A DNA stretch of 64,000 bases from Thermoanaerobaculia bacterium (GCA_044866315.1 JBIOTX010000195.1:5175-69174); one strand, 5' to 3'; shown: positions 10,432 to 21,158, counted from the first letter of the stretch. Numbers and translations are program-made. The notes: generated by a model not told the origin, from the sequence alone.

Positions 10432-11120
10432 CAGCGCCGGACCTTGTAGCGCAGCCAGACGATGTCACCGGCGCGCTTCTCGATCGAAAGCAGCTTGAGC
10501 CTGCGCGGCGGCGAGCGGCGATCCTCGACGTCGAACAGCGACGGTGTGCCGATGCTCCCGTCGGCGACCGGTCCGACGAGGACACTGAGCTCGTCGATCA
10601 GATTCGCAGCCAGGAACGACCCGTTGATCTTCCCGCCGCCTTCCAGCAGCAGCTTCTTGATCCCGAAGCGCGCGCGCAGCTTCTGCAGCACTGTCCCGAG
10701 ATCGATGCGCGACTTCCCGCCGAAGAGGTACGACACCCCCTTCGAGCGGAGGAAGGCCAAGTAGTCGTCCGACACACGCTCGGTGAGGATGGTGATGACA
10801 TGCTCGCCGTCGATGTCGCTCCTCGTCCACCTCAGCTTGCCGGACGGATCGATGGCGATGGCATACGACTCGGCGTCATGCTCGGCGACGAAATCCTCGC
10901 GCGGGATGCGCTCGCGGCTGGTGCGCCGTGGCACGCGGGCCTTGCCGGCATACGGCTCCATCGAGATCCGTCCGATGATCCACGCGTCGGCCTCGAACGT
11001 CGCGGCGGTCCGATCGTATTCGCGCGTGGCGTTGTCCAGTTTCCAGTGGCGGATCACGATCCGGCCGTCGATCGACGGAAACATGTGGCAGATGACGTAC
11101 GGGCGCCGTGTGTTGGCCAT
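10431..11120 (-). CDS. RibD C-terminal / dihydrofolate reductase family protein
   Basis: SIDGRI and LLLEGGG.INGSFL..LIDE. Confidence 0.88.
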   Translation of the reverse strand: MANTRRPYVICHMFPSIDGRIVIRHWKLDNATREYDRTAATFEADAWIIGRISMEPYAGKARVPRRTSRERIPREDFVAEHDAESYAIAIDPSGKLRWTRSDIDGEHVITILTERVSDDYLAFLRSKGVSYLFGGKSRIDLGTVLQKLRARFGIKKLLLEGGGKINGSFLAANLIDELSVLVGPVADGSIGTPSLFDVEDRRSPPRRLKLLSIEKRAGDIVWLRYKVRR

Positions 11121-11149
11121 GGCGCCCTAATCATACGGACGACGGACGG

Positions 11150-13036
11150 TCAAAACTCGATCTGCGCGCCGAGCTCCACCACCCGGTTCGCGGGAAGGCG
11201 GAAGAAGCGCGCGGCCGTCTCGGCGTTGCGCATCATCGACGCGAACAGCTTTTCCCGCCACTGCATCATGCCGCTCGGCCGCTTCGTGACGATCAGCGTC
11301 TCGCGCCCGAGGAAATACGTGGTGTCCATCGGAGGAACGGGAAGCCCCTGTTCCGCGGCCCGCTCCAGCAGCGCGGGCACGTCGATGTCTTCCATGTAGC
11401 CGTAGTGCGCCTTGAGGCGATGGATGCCTTCGCCCAGTTCCTCGATGGTGAAGCGCTCTTCCTCGCCGACGTGGGAGATCTCCTCGCTGAGGATCGTCAG
11501 CAGGATCACCTTCTGGTGCAGGGCCTTGTAATGCTTCAGGCTGTGCAGCAGCGACGCCGGCACGGTCTCGGGATTGCGATGCATGAACACCGCGGTGCCG
11601 GGCACGCGCACCGGCGGCCGCTTCCGCAGCGACTGGATGAACAGGTCGGGCGTGAGCGCACCCTCCCGCAGCTTGCCCGACAGGATCTCGCGGCCGCGCC
11701 GCCAGGTGGTCATGACGGTGAAGACGATCACCGCCACGAGCAGCGGGAACCAGCCGCCCGCGGCGATCTTCGCGTAATTGGCAACCAGGAAGGCGACATC
11801 GCCGACGAGGAAGCCGAGCGTCACCAGCCCGGCCACGACCCGGCTCCAGCCGCGCAGCCCGCGCGCGATGACGTAGGCCAGGATGGTGGTGACGAGCATG
11901 GTCGTGCTCACCGCCACGCCGTACGCGCCCGCGATCGCGCTCACCGAGCCGAAGCCGATGACCAGCGCGATGGTGGCGATCATCAGCGCCCGGTTCACGG
12001 TGGGCATGTAGATCTGTCCGATCTCCGCGCTCGACGTATGGATGATCTCCATGCGCGGCAGATAGCCGAGCTGAATGGCCTGGCGCGTCAGCGAGAACGC
12101 GCCGGAGATCATGGCCTGCGAGGCGATGATCGTCGCGCAGGTGGCCAGCACCACCAGCGGATAGAGCGCCCACTTCGGGGCCAGGAGATAGAAGGGGTTC
12201 GTCGCAGTGTGCGGATGCTCGATGAGCAGCGCTCCCTGCCCCAGGTACTGCAGCATCAGCGCCGGGGCGACGATGAGGAACCAGTCGATCTGGATGGGGC
12301 GCGCGCCGAAGTGGCCGAGGTCGGCGTACATCGCCTCGCCGCCCGTGGCGACGAGAAAGACCGCGCCCAGGACGAAGAAGCCGGGGATGCCGTTGTTCAT
12401 GAAGAACGTGACGGCGTGCATGGGATTCAGCGCGAACAGCACCGACGGATGCCAGAGGATGCCGCGGATGCCGAAGACGGCCAAGGTGGTGAACCAGAGC
12501 AGGGCGACGGGCCCGAAGATGAGGCCCACGCCGGCGGTCCCGCGGCGCTGGATGGCGAAGAGCATCACCAGCACGACGATGGTGATCGGAATGATGTAGG
12601 GCTTGAAGAAGGGCGTGGCGACCTGCAGCCCCTCCACCGCGCTGAGGACGGAGATCGCGGGCGTGATCATGCCGTCGCCGTAGAGCAGCGCGGCGCCGAA
12701 CACGCCCAGGGCGACGAGCGTCGCCTTCACGAAGGTGGGGCGCTTCCGAGTCAGACCGAGCAGGCCGAGGAGCGCCAGGATGCCGCCCTCGCCGCGGTTG
12801 TCGAACTTGATGACGTAGACCTGATACTTCAGCGTCACCACGATCACCAGCGTCCAGAAGATCAGGGAGAGGACGCCGTAGATGTTGGCCTGATTGAGCG
12901 GCATCGCATGCGGGCCGTGGAAGCATTCGCGCAGCGCGTACAGCGGACTCGTCCCGATATCGCCGTAGACGATGCCGAGGGCGAGGAGGGACAGGGACAG
13001 CAGCCGCTTGCGGCCGCGATCGTTCTCGGCGGACAT
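11150..13036 (-). CDS. kup: potassium uptake protein Kup
   Basis: GIVYGDIGTSPLY, YGDGMITPAISVLSAVEG and EAMYADLGHF. Confidence 0.97.
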   Translation of the reverse strand: MSAENDRGRKRLLSLSLLALGIVYGDIGTSPLYALRECFHGPHAMPLNQANIYGVLSLIFWTLVIVVTLKYQVYVIKFDNRGEGGILALLGLLGLTRKRPTFVKATLVALGVFGAALLYGDGMITPAISVLSAVEGLQVATPFFKPYIIPITIVVLVMLFAIQRRGTAGVGLIFGPVALLWFTTLAVFGIRGILWHPSVLFALNPMHAVTFFMNNGIPGFFVLGAVFLVATGGEAMYADLGHFGARPIQIDWFLIVAPALMLQYLGQGALLIEHPHTATNPFYLLAPKWALYPLVVLATCATIIASQAMISGAFSLTRQAIQLGYLPRMEIIHTSSAEIGQIYMPTVNRALMIATIALVIGFGSVSAIAGAYGVAVSTTMLVTTILAYVIARGLRGWSRVVAGLVTLGFLVGDVAFLVANYAKIAAGGWFPLLVAVIVFTVMTTWRRGREILSGKLREGALTPDLFIQSLRKRPPVRVPGTAVFMHRNPETVPASLLHSLKHYKALHQKVILLTILSEEISHVGEEERFTIEELGEGIHRLKAHYGYMEDIDVPALLERAAEQGLPVPPMDTTYFLGRETLIVTKRPSGMMQWREKLFASMMRNAETAARFFRLPANRVVELGAQIEF

Positions 13037-13077
13037 CGATCTCCGAGTCTATCGCCGGATCTCGTTGAACCGTCGAT

Positions 13078-13094
13078 TCTTAATGGTTTCTTAA
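13078..13094 (-). promoter_or_regulatory. putative OmpR-family binding site upstream of kup
   Basis: TCTTAA-N5-TCTTAA direct repeat with 11-bp period. Confidence 0.5.
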
Positions 13095-13498
13095 GGTGCG
13101 TCGTCCGCCGACGGCCGGGCCGCGAACAATGCCGGCGCGAAGATCCAGGCGAAGAGCAGGACGCTGCGGAGCAGCGGACGGTTGGGGGAGCCGAGCAGCG
13201 TGAACCAGCCGTGGCCGACGCGCGTCGTCAGGACGAGCTCCGTGGCGATGGACAGCACGAGCCAGGCGATCCCGACGCCGAGCGCGTGGGTGATTCCCGC
13301 CTCCCGTCCCGCGCATCGCGAGTAGGCATACGCGGTTGCGATCAGCGCCGCGACGGTGACCACGGCGCCGGTCTTCGACGACAGCGGCTCGATTTCCACG
13401 TGCGCGGCGACGACGAGGCCGGCTGCGATCATCCAGAAGAGCGTCACCAGGAGTGCGGTCGTGGCGAATCGTTCGATCGGTTGAGCCATGGTGGTCAT
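13091..13498 (-). CDS. small 4-TM membrane protein
   Basis: AGGAGG RBS and four hydrophobic segments. Confidence 0.75.
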   Translation of the reverse strand: MTTMAQPIERFATTALLVTLFWMIAAGLVVAAHVEIEPLSSKTGAVVTVAALIATAYAYSRCAGREAGITHALGVGIAWLVLSIATELVLTTRVGHGWFTLLGSPNRPLLRSVLLFAWIFAPALFAARPSADDAP

Positions 13499-13562
13499 CG
13501 CGACCTCCTGACTCGTACAACAAACTGCCGGACGAGCAGTCGCTAAGGAAGGCGAAGGATCG

Positions 13563-13580
13563 TCTTAAGAGATCGTTAAG
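13563..13580 (-). promoter_or_regulatory. second putative OmpR-family binding site
   Basis: TCTTAAG-N4-CGTTAAG, TTAAG at 11-bp period, matching the site at 13078. Confidence 0.45.
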
Positions 13581-13585
13581 GCGAG

Positions 13586-14275
13586 CTAGACCGGCTCGGC
13601 GATGAAGCGATAGCCGACCCACGGCTCGGTCACGATGTAGCGCGGCGAGGAGGGGTCGGGCTCGATCTTCCGGCGCAGAGCGCTCATGTGGACGCGCACC
13701 GTGTCCGCCGTCGTGCCGGGCGCGTCGCGCCACACGCGGGCGATGATGTGGTCGGTGAAGACCGGCTTGCCGGCGTTGACCGCCAGCAGCTCCAGGAGCG
13801 AATACTCCGTCGGGGTGAGCCGCACCTCCCGCCCTCCCTGGGTGACGCGCCGGCGCTCGAGATCGATGGTGAGATCGTCGAACGCCAGCGTCGTCGTCGT
13901 GGTCCCGCCGATCCGCCGGAGCTGCGCGCGGATGCGGGCGAGGAGCTCGGCCACCGAGAAGGGCTTGGTCACGAAGTCGTCGGCGCCGAGGTCGAGGGCG
14001 CGGACCTTGTCGGCATCGTTGCCGCGGACGGAGAGGACGATGATGGGCGTCCGGGCCGTCGGGCGAATGGCGGAGATCAGCTCGAACCCGTCCGAGCTGG
14101 GCATGGAGAGATCGGTGAGCACGATGTCCGGCGTATGGGTCTGGAAGGCATGGACGCCTTCCAGGCCGTCGCTCGCCAGCACGACCGTATAGCCGCTCAC
14201 GCGCAACTCGCGGGCCATCGACTCGCGAATGGCCGGATCGTCGTCGACGACGAGAATGACCGCCGGGAGGGTCAT
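13586..14275 (-). CDS. KdpE-like OmpR-family response regulator
   Basis: ILVVDDD, LGADDFVTKPF and IEPDPSSPRYIVTEPWVGYRF. Confidence 0.9.
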   Translation of the reverse strand: MTLPAVILVVDDDPAIRESMARELRVSGYTVVLASDGLEGVHAFQTHTPDIVLTDLSMPSSDGFELISAIRPTARTPIIVLSVRGNDADKVRALDLGADDFVTKPFSVAELLARIRAQLRRIGGTTTTTLAFDDLTIDLERRRVTQGGREVRLTPTEYSLLELLAVNAGKPVFTDHIIARVWRDAPGTTADTVRVHMSALRRKIEPDPSSPRYIVTEPWVGYRFIAEPV

Positions 14276-15762
14276 GGCAGCTCCGTCTCCGGAAGGATTG
14301 CGGGCAGCGGGGCAGCGGGCAGATCGACCCGTGCCACCGTGCCCCCGCCCTGCCGCGGCGTGATCCCGATCGAGCCGCCGTTGGCCGCGGCCAGACTGCG
14401 CGCGATCTCCAGTCCCAAGCCGCGCTGGGCGACGTCGCTCGTCGCACCGGCGAGGAGATTGCCGTCCGCATCCGCGACGCCGGCGGGAATGCCCGGACCG
14501 CGATCGAGCACTTCGAGCCGGACCTGAGACGGGTCGAGCGGATGCGTGCGCGCCGTCAGCTCCAGTGGCGCGCCGGCCGGGGACACCCGGTGCGCGTTCT
14601 CGATGAGGTTGACCAGGATCTCCAGGGCCAGCGACGGATCGACGTTCGCGTCCGGGCAATCCTCGGCCACGCGGATCGTCACCGGCCGCGCCTCGAAGAC
14701 CAGCGGCAGATTCTCCCGAACCGCGCGGAAGATGTCCGCCGGAGGGGTCGGCTCGCGGCGCGGCTGCGCCTTGCCCGCCTCCAGACGGGCCATGGAGAGC
14801 AGATTGTCGATGCGCCGCTTGAGACGCTGGGTCTCCTCGTTGATGCCGGCCACGGTGGGCTTGAGCTCCGCGTCCCTCTCCGCCTTCCGCTTGAGCGTTT
14901 CCGTATGCACGCGGATCGTGGTCAGCGGCGTGGTGAGATCGTGCGAGATCGCCCGCAGGAGGGAGGTCTTGAGGGTCTCGCTCTCCCGGATGGCCTGCAT
15001 GTGCGCATTCTCTTCGATGAACGTCTCGCGCTCGACCGCCAGCGCGACCAGGCCGGAGGCCGACACCAGCGCGTGCAGCGACGCCTCCGTCCCTCGGGCC
15101 ACGAGCGCCCCGGCGGTCTTCCCTCCGACGCGGAGGGGCAGATAGACATCGCGCCCGAGCGGCGAAGGGATCTCCAGCGGCTCCTTGTGCCGGCCGATGC
15201 CGGCGATCACGTCCTCGATCTCGTCCGGCTTGTCGCCGAGCCAGCAGACCACCTTCTGGCGGTACGGGCTGCCCTCGAAGAGCACGAGCCCTCCCTCGCG
15301 CGCGCCGAGCAGCGTGAGCGCGCGGCCCGCTGCCTCCGCGAGCGCGCCCTCGCGATTCGTGGCCGTGAACAGATCGACGCTCAGCCCGTACAGCGTCTCC
15401 AGCTCGCCCCGCCGCTGCTCGACCTGCTCCGCCTGGATCCGCGCCGCGAGCACGAGCCGGCTGACGATGACTGAGGTGACCAGAAACGCCGCCAGGGCCA
15501 TCCAGTTCGCCGGCTCGGCGATGAAGAACGTGTGGACGGGCGGAAAGAAGAAGAAGTTGTAGCAGAGCGTGGCGATGATCGAGGCCACGAGGCCGACGAT
15601 CAGCCCCCCGCGCAGGGATGCCAGAAGCACGACGATGAGGAAGGCGAAGCCGGCCGTGTTGGCATTGAGCCGCATCGCCCGGCCGATCAGGGTGACCGCG
15701 GCCGTCCCGCCGAGGGCGACGAGCCAGGGAAGCGCGCTCGCAAGCGCACGGCGCGAGGTCAT
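14272..15762 (-). CDS. KdpD-like sensor histidine kinase (TM, GAF-like, HisKA, HATPase; no N-terminal KdpD/Usp part)
   Basis: YNFFFFPPVHTF TM motif, ISHDLTTPL H-box, DRGPGIP and GLGLEIAR. Confidence 0.88.
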   Translation of the reverse strand: MTSRRALASALPWLVALGGTAAVTLIGRAMRLNANTAGFAFLIVVLLASLRGGLIVGLVASIIATLCYNFFFFPPVHTFFIAEPANWMALAAFLVTSVIVSRLVLAARIQAEQVEQRRGELETLYGLSVDLFTATNREGALAEAAGRALTLLGAREGGLVLFEGSPYRQKVVCWLGDKPDEIEDVIAGIGRHKEPLEIPSPLGRDVYLPLRVGGKTAGALVARGTEASLHALVSASGLVALAVERETFIEENAHMQAIRESETLKTSLLRAISHDLTTPLTTIRVHTETLKRKAERDAELKPTVAGINEETQRLKRRIDNLLSMARLEAGKAQPRREPTPPADIFRAVRENLPLVFEARPVTIRVAEDCPDANVDPSLALEILVNLIENAHRVSPAGAPLELTARTHPLDPSQVRLEVLDRGPGIPAGVADADGNLLAGATSDVAQRGLGLEIARSLAAANGGSIGITPRQGGGTVARVDLPAAPLPAILPETELP

Positions 15763-15949
15763 GGGGTACGGATAACACGAAATGGGTGGGAGGGGGTGGG
15801 GCTAAGATCGAGGATGTCCGACCGGAGGAGGAATCCCCTCATCCACACGCCCGCGACCACTTCACAAGATCTCCCTGATCGCCTTCCTGGCCTGGGGGAC
15901 TCGGCCGGGTCGCGACCGGCGTCACGGTTCTGTCCATCGCCGTGATCAG

Positions 15950-16422
15950 CGGCGTCATCCTGATGGTTGCCGGTTTCAAGCTGCCGGATTGAGAGCCGGC
16001 GCCGATCTTCCTCCAGATACAATGGCAGAACGTGCCTCAGAGGGAACGGCGACCTCGACCATCGCTGACAGCCCCTCACAGGGAATCCACGTCCGACGGC
16101 CGGAACCATCACCGCAAGAACGACCTGTGCGCCGTCGCTGGCCGTGGTCAACGGCACGCTCTGGCTCGTATCTCTGGCGCAGAGCCTGACCCCTTTCGTT
16201 TCGCTGTCACAGGATCAGGGGAAAACCTGGACGACCGTGCAGTTGCCGGGCAATGTGACCATTGTGTACTCGCCCGTTACCGCCGTCATGGGAGATCGAC
16301 TGTTCGTCATCTACGCCTCGTCTGCCGACAACACCATCTGGATCGTTTCGACGACGGACGCCGTTCATTGGGCAGGCCCCGCCCAGCTCCCGCCCGAGGG
16401 GATCACCTTTGGGATTGGATGA
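15950..16422 (+). pseudogene. possible remnant of a beta-propeller-like protein
   Basis: APSLAVVNGTLW...SQDQGKTW...SPVTAVMGDRLFVIY blade-like repeats; upstream frames broken. Confidence 0.35.
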
Positions 16423-16500
16423 CGGCAACGGTGCGAGTTGGTTGGTGTCCAGTGCGTCCGGCGGCCTGAGGGCCGCCGGACGCTCTCTTGCGGACGCGAT

Positions 16501-18537
16501 CTAGGGCAGCACTCGCGCCTGCGACGCGGTGCCGGCCGCATCAACGGTGTAGACGTCGAAGGCGCCGTTCGCCATCGTCGCCGACACCGCGAACGCCGAC
16601 ACCGCGCCGCTGGGGAGCACGTTGTCGATGAGACCGGAGAATACGTCCGGCCGGCTGGGATCGACCTGGAAGTTCGTGAACAACTTCCCGTTCGCGTCCA
16701 GCGCAAATCCGATCAGGCGTCCGTTCGAGACCGTGGCGGCGCGCAGCTTGCGCAGTCCCATCCCGCCGAGCGCGATCGGCTCGCCGAGGGCCGCGCCGGG
16801 TTGATTCTGAAAGCGCACCGCCAGCGCATCATTCGGGCCTTGAATCTCGAACAGGGCCAGACGGCCGTCGCTCCCGCGCGAGAGGCGGATCTCTTTGACC
16901 GCCGGCGTGTTCGGATGACGCAGATCGATCCAGCCGCCGAAGGCGGCGTTCGGCATGGTCTGCAGCTGCGAGTACACGTTCCCGTCGCCGCCCACGACGT
17001 ACACCTGAATGCGGCCGTCGTCATGCCGGGCCGCGGTCACGTTTCCGCTCAGGCCCCAGCCGCCCCATCCGCCCACCTGCACCGCGGGCGCGAAGCTCGC
17101 GCCGGGCGACCACTGATCCTGCTGGAACAGCGTGCCGTTCTCCACGATGAAGGCGACCAGACGCCCGTCGAGATGCTGGGCGATCGCAAAGCCGCTCACC
17201 GGATTCGAGGTCAGCTGCCGCCACGGGGACCACGGTCCGTTCGGAACCTGCTGGGTGCGGTAGTGCACGCGGCCGTTCGTATCGCGCGCGAACGCGGTGA
17301 TGCGGCCGTCGAATTCGTTCGCCGCGACGATCGGGCCGGCGAGCACGAATCCCGGATTGCCGAGGTAAGTGAGACCGCCGAACGCGCCGCCCGCGGGATC
17401 GAGCTCCGCTTCCGAGAACAGATCGCCGCCGCTGAGGTACAGCAGCTGCCTGCGTCCGTCGTTCTGGGTCGCCACCGCCACGTCGGTGAAGGCCTGCTGA
17501 TGGAGGATGCTCCAGTTCCAGAGCGCGCCCGTCGGTCCGGTCGAATTGAGATTCAGAATGCTCTGGCGCAGCTGCTCCCAGTCCGCCGGCCAGTACGCAT
17601 AGCTCGCCGGATGGCCGAACATCGTATTGGTCGGCTTGTTGAACAGCTCGTCCTTGCCGACGTCATAGCCGTAGTACCAGAGGTTCCAGTCGATGTAGAA
17701 GTTGCCGTGATTGCCGTCCGGCAGACTGCCGAGGAGATGGCCGAACTCGTGGCTGAACCCGTAGTGCACGTCGCCCTGATAGATCACCAGCCCCGCATGC
17801 TGGAAGACGCCGTTGCAGAAATGCGCGGCGTTCCCGCCCGCACCCTCTCCCGGCGAGTTCCAGCGGTAGACGATGCCGGTGTCGAGGTGATCGCCCTGCT
17901 GCTTGAAATGCAGCGGGAGAAAGAAGGGGCACGACTGCGTGTCGCCCGGCTGCGGATTGACCTGCATCGCCCAGCGCAGTCCCGAGGTGGAATCGGAGTC
18001 CAGCGGCGCGACGCCGTCGCGGATCGGAAGCAGCTGGGCCATGCGCCGCAGGGCCTGCTCCGCCTCTCCGACCTCCATCGCGGAGAACCCGTCGGCCGAC
18101 CACGCCAGATCCACGCCGAGCCGGATGTCCTTGGTCGGCAGCAGACCGACGGAGTCGATGGCGTCGTTCTGCACCGGCGCCCCCTGGTTGCTGAGCGCGA
18201 TCTGGAAAAAGTACGGGCCGACCATGGGCATGGCCGCACCCTTGATGGTGATGGCAACGCCGCGGTCCGCACCCGAGCCGACGACCTTCAGCGTGGCCAT
18301 CGCGCCGCCGGGCGTGGCGGTGACGGTGGTCCGCCGCGCGTCGGGACGGACGATGGTCACATCCGCGCGGTCGACGTTCACATTCGGATCGTTGAAATAG
18401 ACGCGCAGCGTGGTGGTCTTGCCCGCCACGAGTGTCGTCGGAAACAGACCCTGCACTGCATCGACGCGGCCGGCCCACGCCGACAGCGCCCACATCCCCC
18501 ATAGAAACCCGATGATGATGACTCGCTTTCTGAACAT
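16501..18537 (-). CDS. secreted protein with HExxH metallopeptidase motif and C-terminal lectin-like beta-propeller
   Basis: Signal peptide; FSHEFGHLLG; repeated DGR..F..+Q..P.G.F/W..W blades. Confidence 0.75.
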   Translation of the reverse strand: MFRKRVIIIGFLWGMWALSAWAGRVDAVQGLFPTTLVAGKTTTLRVYFNDPNVNVDRADVTIVRPDARRTTVTATPGGAMATLKVVGSGADRGVAITIKGAAMPMVGPYFFQIALSNQGAPVQNDAIDSVGLLPTKDIRLGVDLAWSADGFSAMEVGEAEQALRRMAQLLPIRDGVAPLDSDSTSGLRWAMQVNPQPGDTQSCPFFLPLHFKQQGDHLDTGIVYRWNSPGEGAGGNAAHFCNGVFQHAGLVIYQGDVHYGFSHEFGHLLGSLPDGNHGNFYIDWNLWYYGYDVGKDELFNKPTNTMFGHPASYAYWPADWEQLRQSILNLNSTGPTGALWNWSILHQQAFTDVAVATQNDGRRQLLYLSGGDLFSEAELDPAGGAFGGLTYLGNPGFVLAGPIVAANEFDGRITAFARDTNGRVHYRTQQVPNGPWSPWRQLTSNPVSGFAIAQHLDGRLVAFIVENGTLFQQDQWSPGASFAPAVQVGGWGGWGLSGNVTAARHDDGRIQVYVVGGDGNVYSQLQTMPNAAFGGWIDLRHPNTPAVKEIRLSRGSDGRLALFEIQGPNDALAVRFQNQPGAALGEPIALGGMGLRKLRAATVSNGRLIGFALDANGKLFTNFQVDPSRPDVFSGLIDNVLPSGAVSAFAVSATMANGAFDVYTVDAAGTASQARVLP

Positions 18538-18692
18538 TGCATCCTCCTCGAAGTCCCCGGCACTCTTGGGCCGGGGCCGAGCTGCAACATCGGCAAGTCG
18601 TTGATTCGGCGGGTTATGCGGACTTCACGAAGTTCTTATATTCCGCTCAAATCGATATACTTTCCTCCCACACTCACGTCCGGAACCGAGCC

Positions 18693-21158
18693 ATGTCGAA
18701 TCCACTGCTGTATTCGCCGGAAGTCGTCTACTCGTTCGGCTCTTTCCGGCTCGACCTCTCGCGCCAGCAGCTTCTTCGCGAGAACGAGCCGGTAGCGCTG
18801 ACCCCGAAGCTGTTCGACACGCTCTTGGTGCTCGTCAAGAGCGCCGGGCGCGTGGTCTCGCGCAAGGTGCTGATCGAGAAGGTCTGGCCGGACACGATCG
18901 TCACCGACACGAGCATCAGTCAGAACATCTTCCTCCTCCGAAAGATCGTCGGCGATGACGCGATCGAGACCGTTCCGCGGCGGGGCTATCGTTTTACCGT
19001 TCCGGTCGTGCTCGAGACCCGAGGCACGGCGCCGTGGATCACGGCCGTGCCTCCCGCCCCTCCGGACCCTGACGTTCGCGCGCAGCCGGGCCCGCGCCCG
19101 CGCACCAGAACGATGGCCGTGCTGGCGGTGGTGATCGTCGCCGCGCTGGCGGTGGGATGGATGGCCCACGAGTGGAGGCTCCGCCGGCGCATTGCCTTCG
19201 CCCGCGACGTCATGGCGCTGCACCGCCAGTCCGCACTCGTCGCCGCGCCGTTCGTGATCGAGCGCCGCGCGGACGGCGACCGCTGGCTCCGCACGGCGTT
19301 GCCGCGCATGCTCGCCGACCAGCTCGCGGGCGAGCGTCTTCGCGTCACGCCGGCCGAAACAGCCATCCGCATGCCGCTCGATCTCCGTCTGGCCGACGCG
19401 CCGGAGTTCGCCCCCGGGACCGCGGCGCGCATCGGCCGCTACACACACGCCGACCTGATCCTGGCCGGCTCCTTCGCCGCCCTCGGCGACGCCGCCTCCG
19501 ACCAGATCGCCCTCACCGCGCGCATTCAGGAGAGCCGCAAGGGCGAAGTCGTCGCCATCGCCTCCGCCGTCGGCCCGCGGGAGCAGCTCTTCCGGCTCGT
19601 CGAGAGCGTCTCCGGCGAGCTTCGCGCGCAACTCGGCATCGCCGAGCCGGCGCCCGACGAGCGCCGTCGCGCCGCGCGCCTGGCCGCGCCATCGAATCTC
19701 CAGGCGGCCCGGCTCTACGCGCGCGGCGTGGAGGAGCTGCATCGCTACAACCTCCTCGCGGCGCGCGATGCGCTGCTCGCGGCCGCAACGAGCGACCCCT
19801 CGTACGCGCCCACGCACCGCGCGCTCTGCGAGGTCTGGTCGAAACTGGCGAACAACGCCAAGGCGAAGGAGTCGGCGGAGCTCGCGCTTCGATCGGCGCG
19901 CGATCTGCCACGGGCGCAGCAACTGGAGATCGAGGCCGTGCACAGCCAGGCCTATCGCAACTTCGCCAAAGCGGTGGAGACGCGGCGCACGCTCACGAAC
20001 TTTTATCCCGACAACGTCGATTACGCACTCGATCTGGTCGGGGCTCTCTTCGCCGCGCAGCGCCTTCCCGAGGCCCTGGAGACGGCCCGTGCCCTGCGGG
20101 CGAAACATCCCGCGGCGAACGACCCGAGGATCGATTTCGCGGAGGCGAACGTGCAGCTCGAGATGGGCACGTGGCCCGAGGCGGCACGCCTCGCGGACCG
20201 TGCCGCCGCGCAACTGCGCAACGGCGGATCCCAGGTGCTGCTCGCGCGTACGCTGTCGATCAAAGGAACGGCGCAGCAGCGGCAGGGCGATGAAGGATGG
20301 CGCGCGACGCAGCAGGAATGCCTCGACGTCTCCCGGGCCGCGGGGTTCACCGCGGGCGCGTGGCGCGCGCTGAATACGCTGGCGGTCGGCTACGCGGACG
20401 GCGGCCAGCCGGAGAAGGCCATTCCCCTGCTCGTGGCGGCGGAAGCGGAAGCGAAGAAGAACGGCGACACGCGCCTGCTGCTCGGCTCGGCCGGCAACCT
20501 CGGTTATGTCTGCAATCTGGCGGGGCGGTGGGAGGAGGCCCGGCAGGCGATCGAGCGCGCGATCCCGCTTGCGCGCGCGGTAGGCGACAAGACCAACGAG
20601 GCCATCGCCATCAACATGCTGGCAGACCGCGACTGCGGCGTCGGCGATTATGCGGCCGCGCGCCGGCACGCCAGTGATGCACTGCAGCGCATGCGCGCGC
20701 TGTCGAGAAAGTCCGGCGTGGCGACGAGTCTGGCCGTCCTCGGCCGCGTCGCAACGATCGAAGGCCGTTTCGACGACGCGCGGTCGCTCCTCGGCGAGAG
20801 CCTGGAGACGTTCGAGAGCCTCGGCTCCAAAGAGACAAAGTCGGTGCGCATGGCTCTCGCGCAGCTCGCGGTCGCGGAAGGACGCACCGCCGACGCGATG
20901 GCGCTGATCGCCCAGGCCCCGGACTCCGCCGAAGGAATGGCCGTGCGCGCCTTCGCGACCTCGGACGAGAAGCTCGCGTCGGAGGCGCTGCGCGCGAAAC
21001 CAGCGCTGCACGCGCACGAGACGCTGATGCTGCACATCCTCATGGCCCGTGCGAGAGGCGATGCCGCGGGTCTGGACGCGCTCGCAGCCGTGGCTGCGCA
21101 AAAGGGCGATGTCGTCGCCGCGCGGTTCGCGCGGCGCGTGATGCGGCCAACTCTCTGA
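18693..21158 (+). CDS. winged-helix (CadC/OmpR-type) regulator with TM and TPR domains
   Basis: YSFGSFRLD, LTPKLFDTL, VWPDT and IETVPRRGYRF, then TM and TPR helices. Confidence 0.85.
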   Translation: MSNPLLYSPEVVYSFGSFRLDLSRQQLLRENEPVALTPKLFDTLLVLVKSAGRVVSRKVLIEKVWPDTIVTDTSISQNIFLLRKIVGDDAIETVPRRGYRFTVPVVLETRGTAPWITAVPPAPPDPDVRAQPGPRPRTRTMAVLAVVIVAALAVGWMAHEWRLRRRIAFARDVMALHRQSALVAAPFVIERRADGDRWLRTALPRMLADQLAGERLRVTPAETAIRMPLDLRLADAPEFAPGTAARIGRYTHADLILAGSFAALGDAASDQIALTARIQESRKGEVVAIASAVGPREQLFRLVESVSGELRAQLGIAEPAPDERRRAARLAAPSNLQAARLYARGVEELHRYNLLAARDALLAAATSDPSYAPTHRALCEVWSKLANNAKAKESAELALRSARDLPRAQQLEIEAVHSQAYRNFAKAVETRRTLTNFYPDNVDYALDLVGALFAAQRLPEALETARALRAKHPAANDPRIDFAEANVQLEMGTWPEAARLADRAAAQLRNGGSQVLLARTLSIKGTAQQRQGDEGWRATQQECLDVSRAAGFTAGAWRALNTLAVGYADGGQPEKAIPLLVAAEAEAKKNGDTRLLLGSAGNLGYVCNLAGRWEEARQAIERAIPLARAVGDKTNEAIAINMLADRDCGVGDYAAARRHASDALQRMRALSRKSGVATSLAVLGRVATIEGRFDDARSLLGESLETFESLGSKETKSVRMALAQLAVAEGRTADAMALIAQAPDSAEGMAVRAFATSDEKLASEALRAKPALHAHETLMLHILMARARGDAAGLDALAAVAAQKGDVVAARFARRVMRPTL

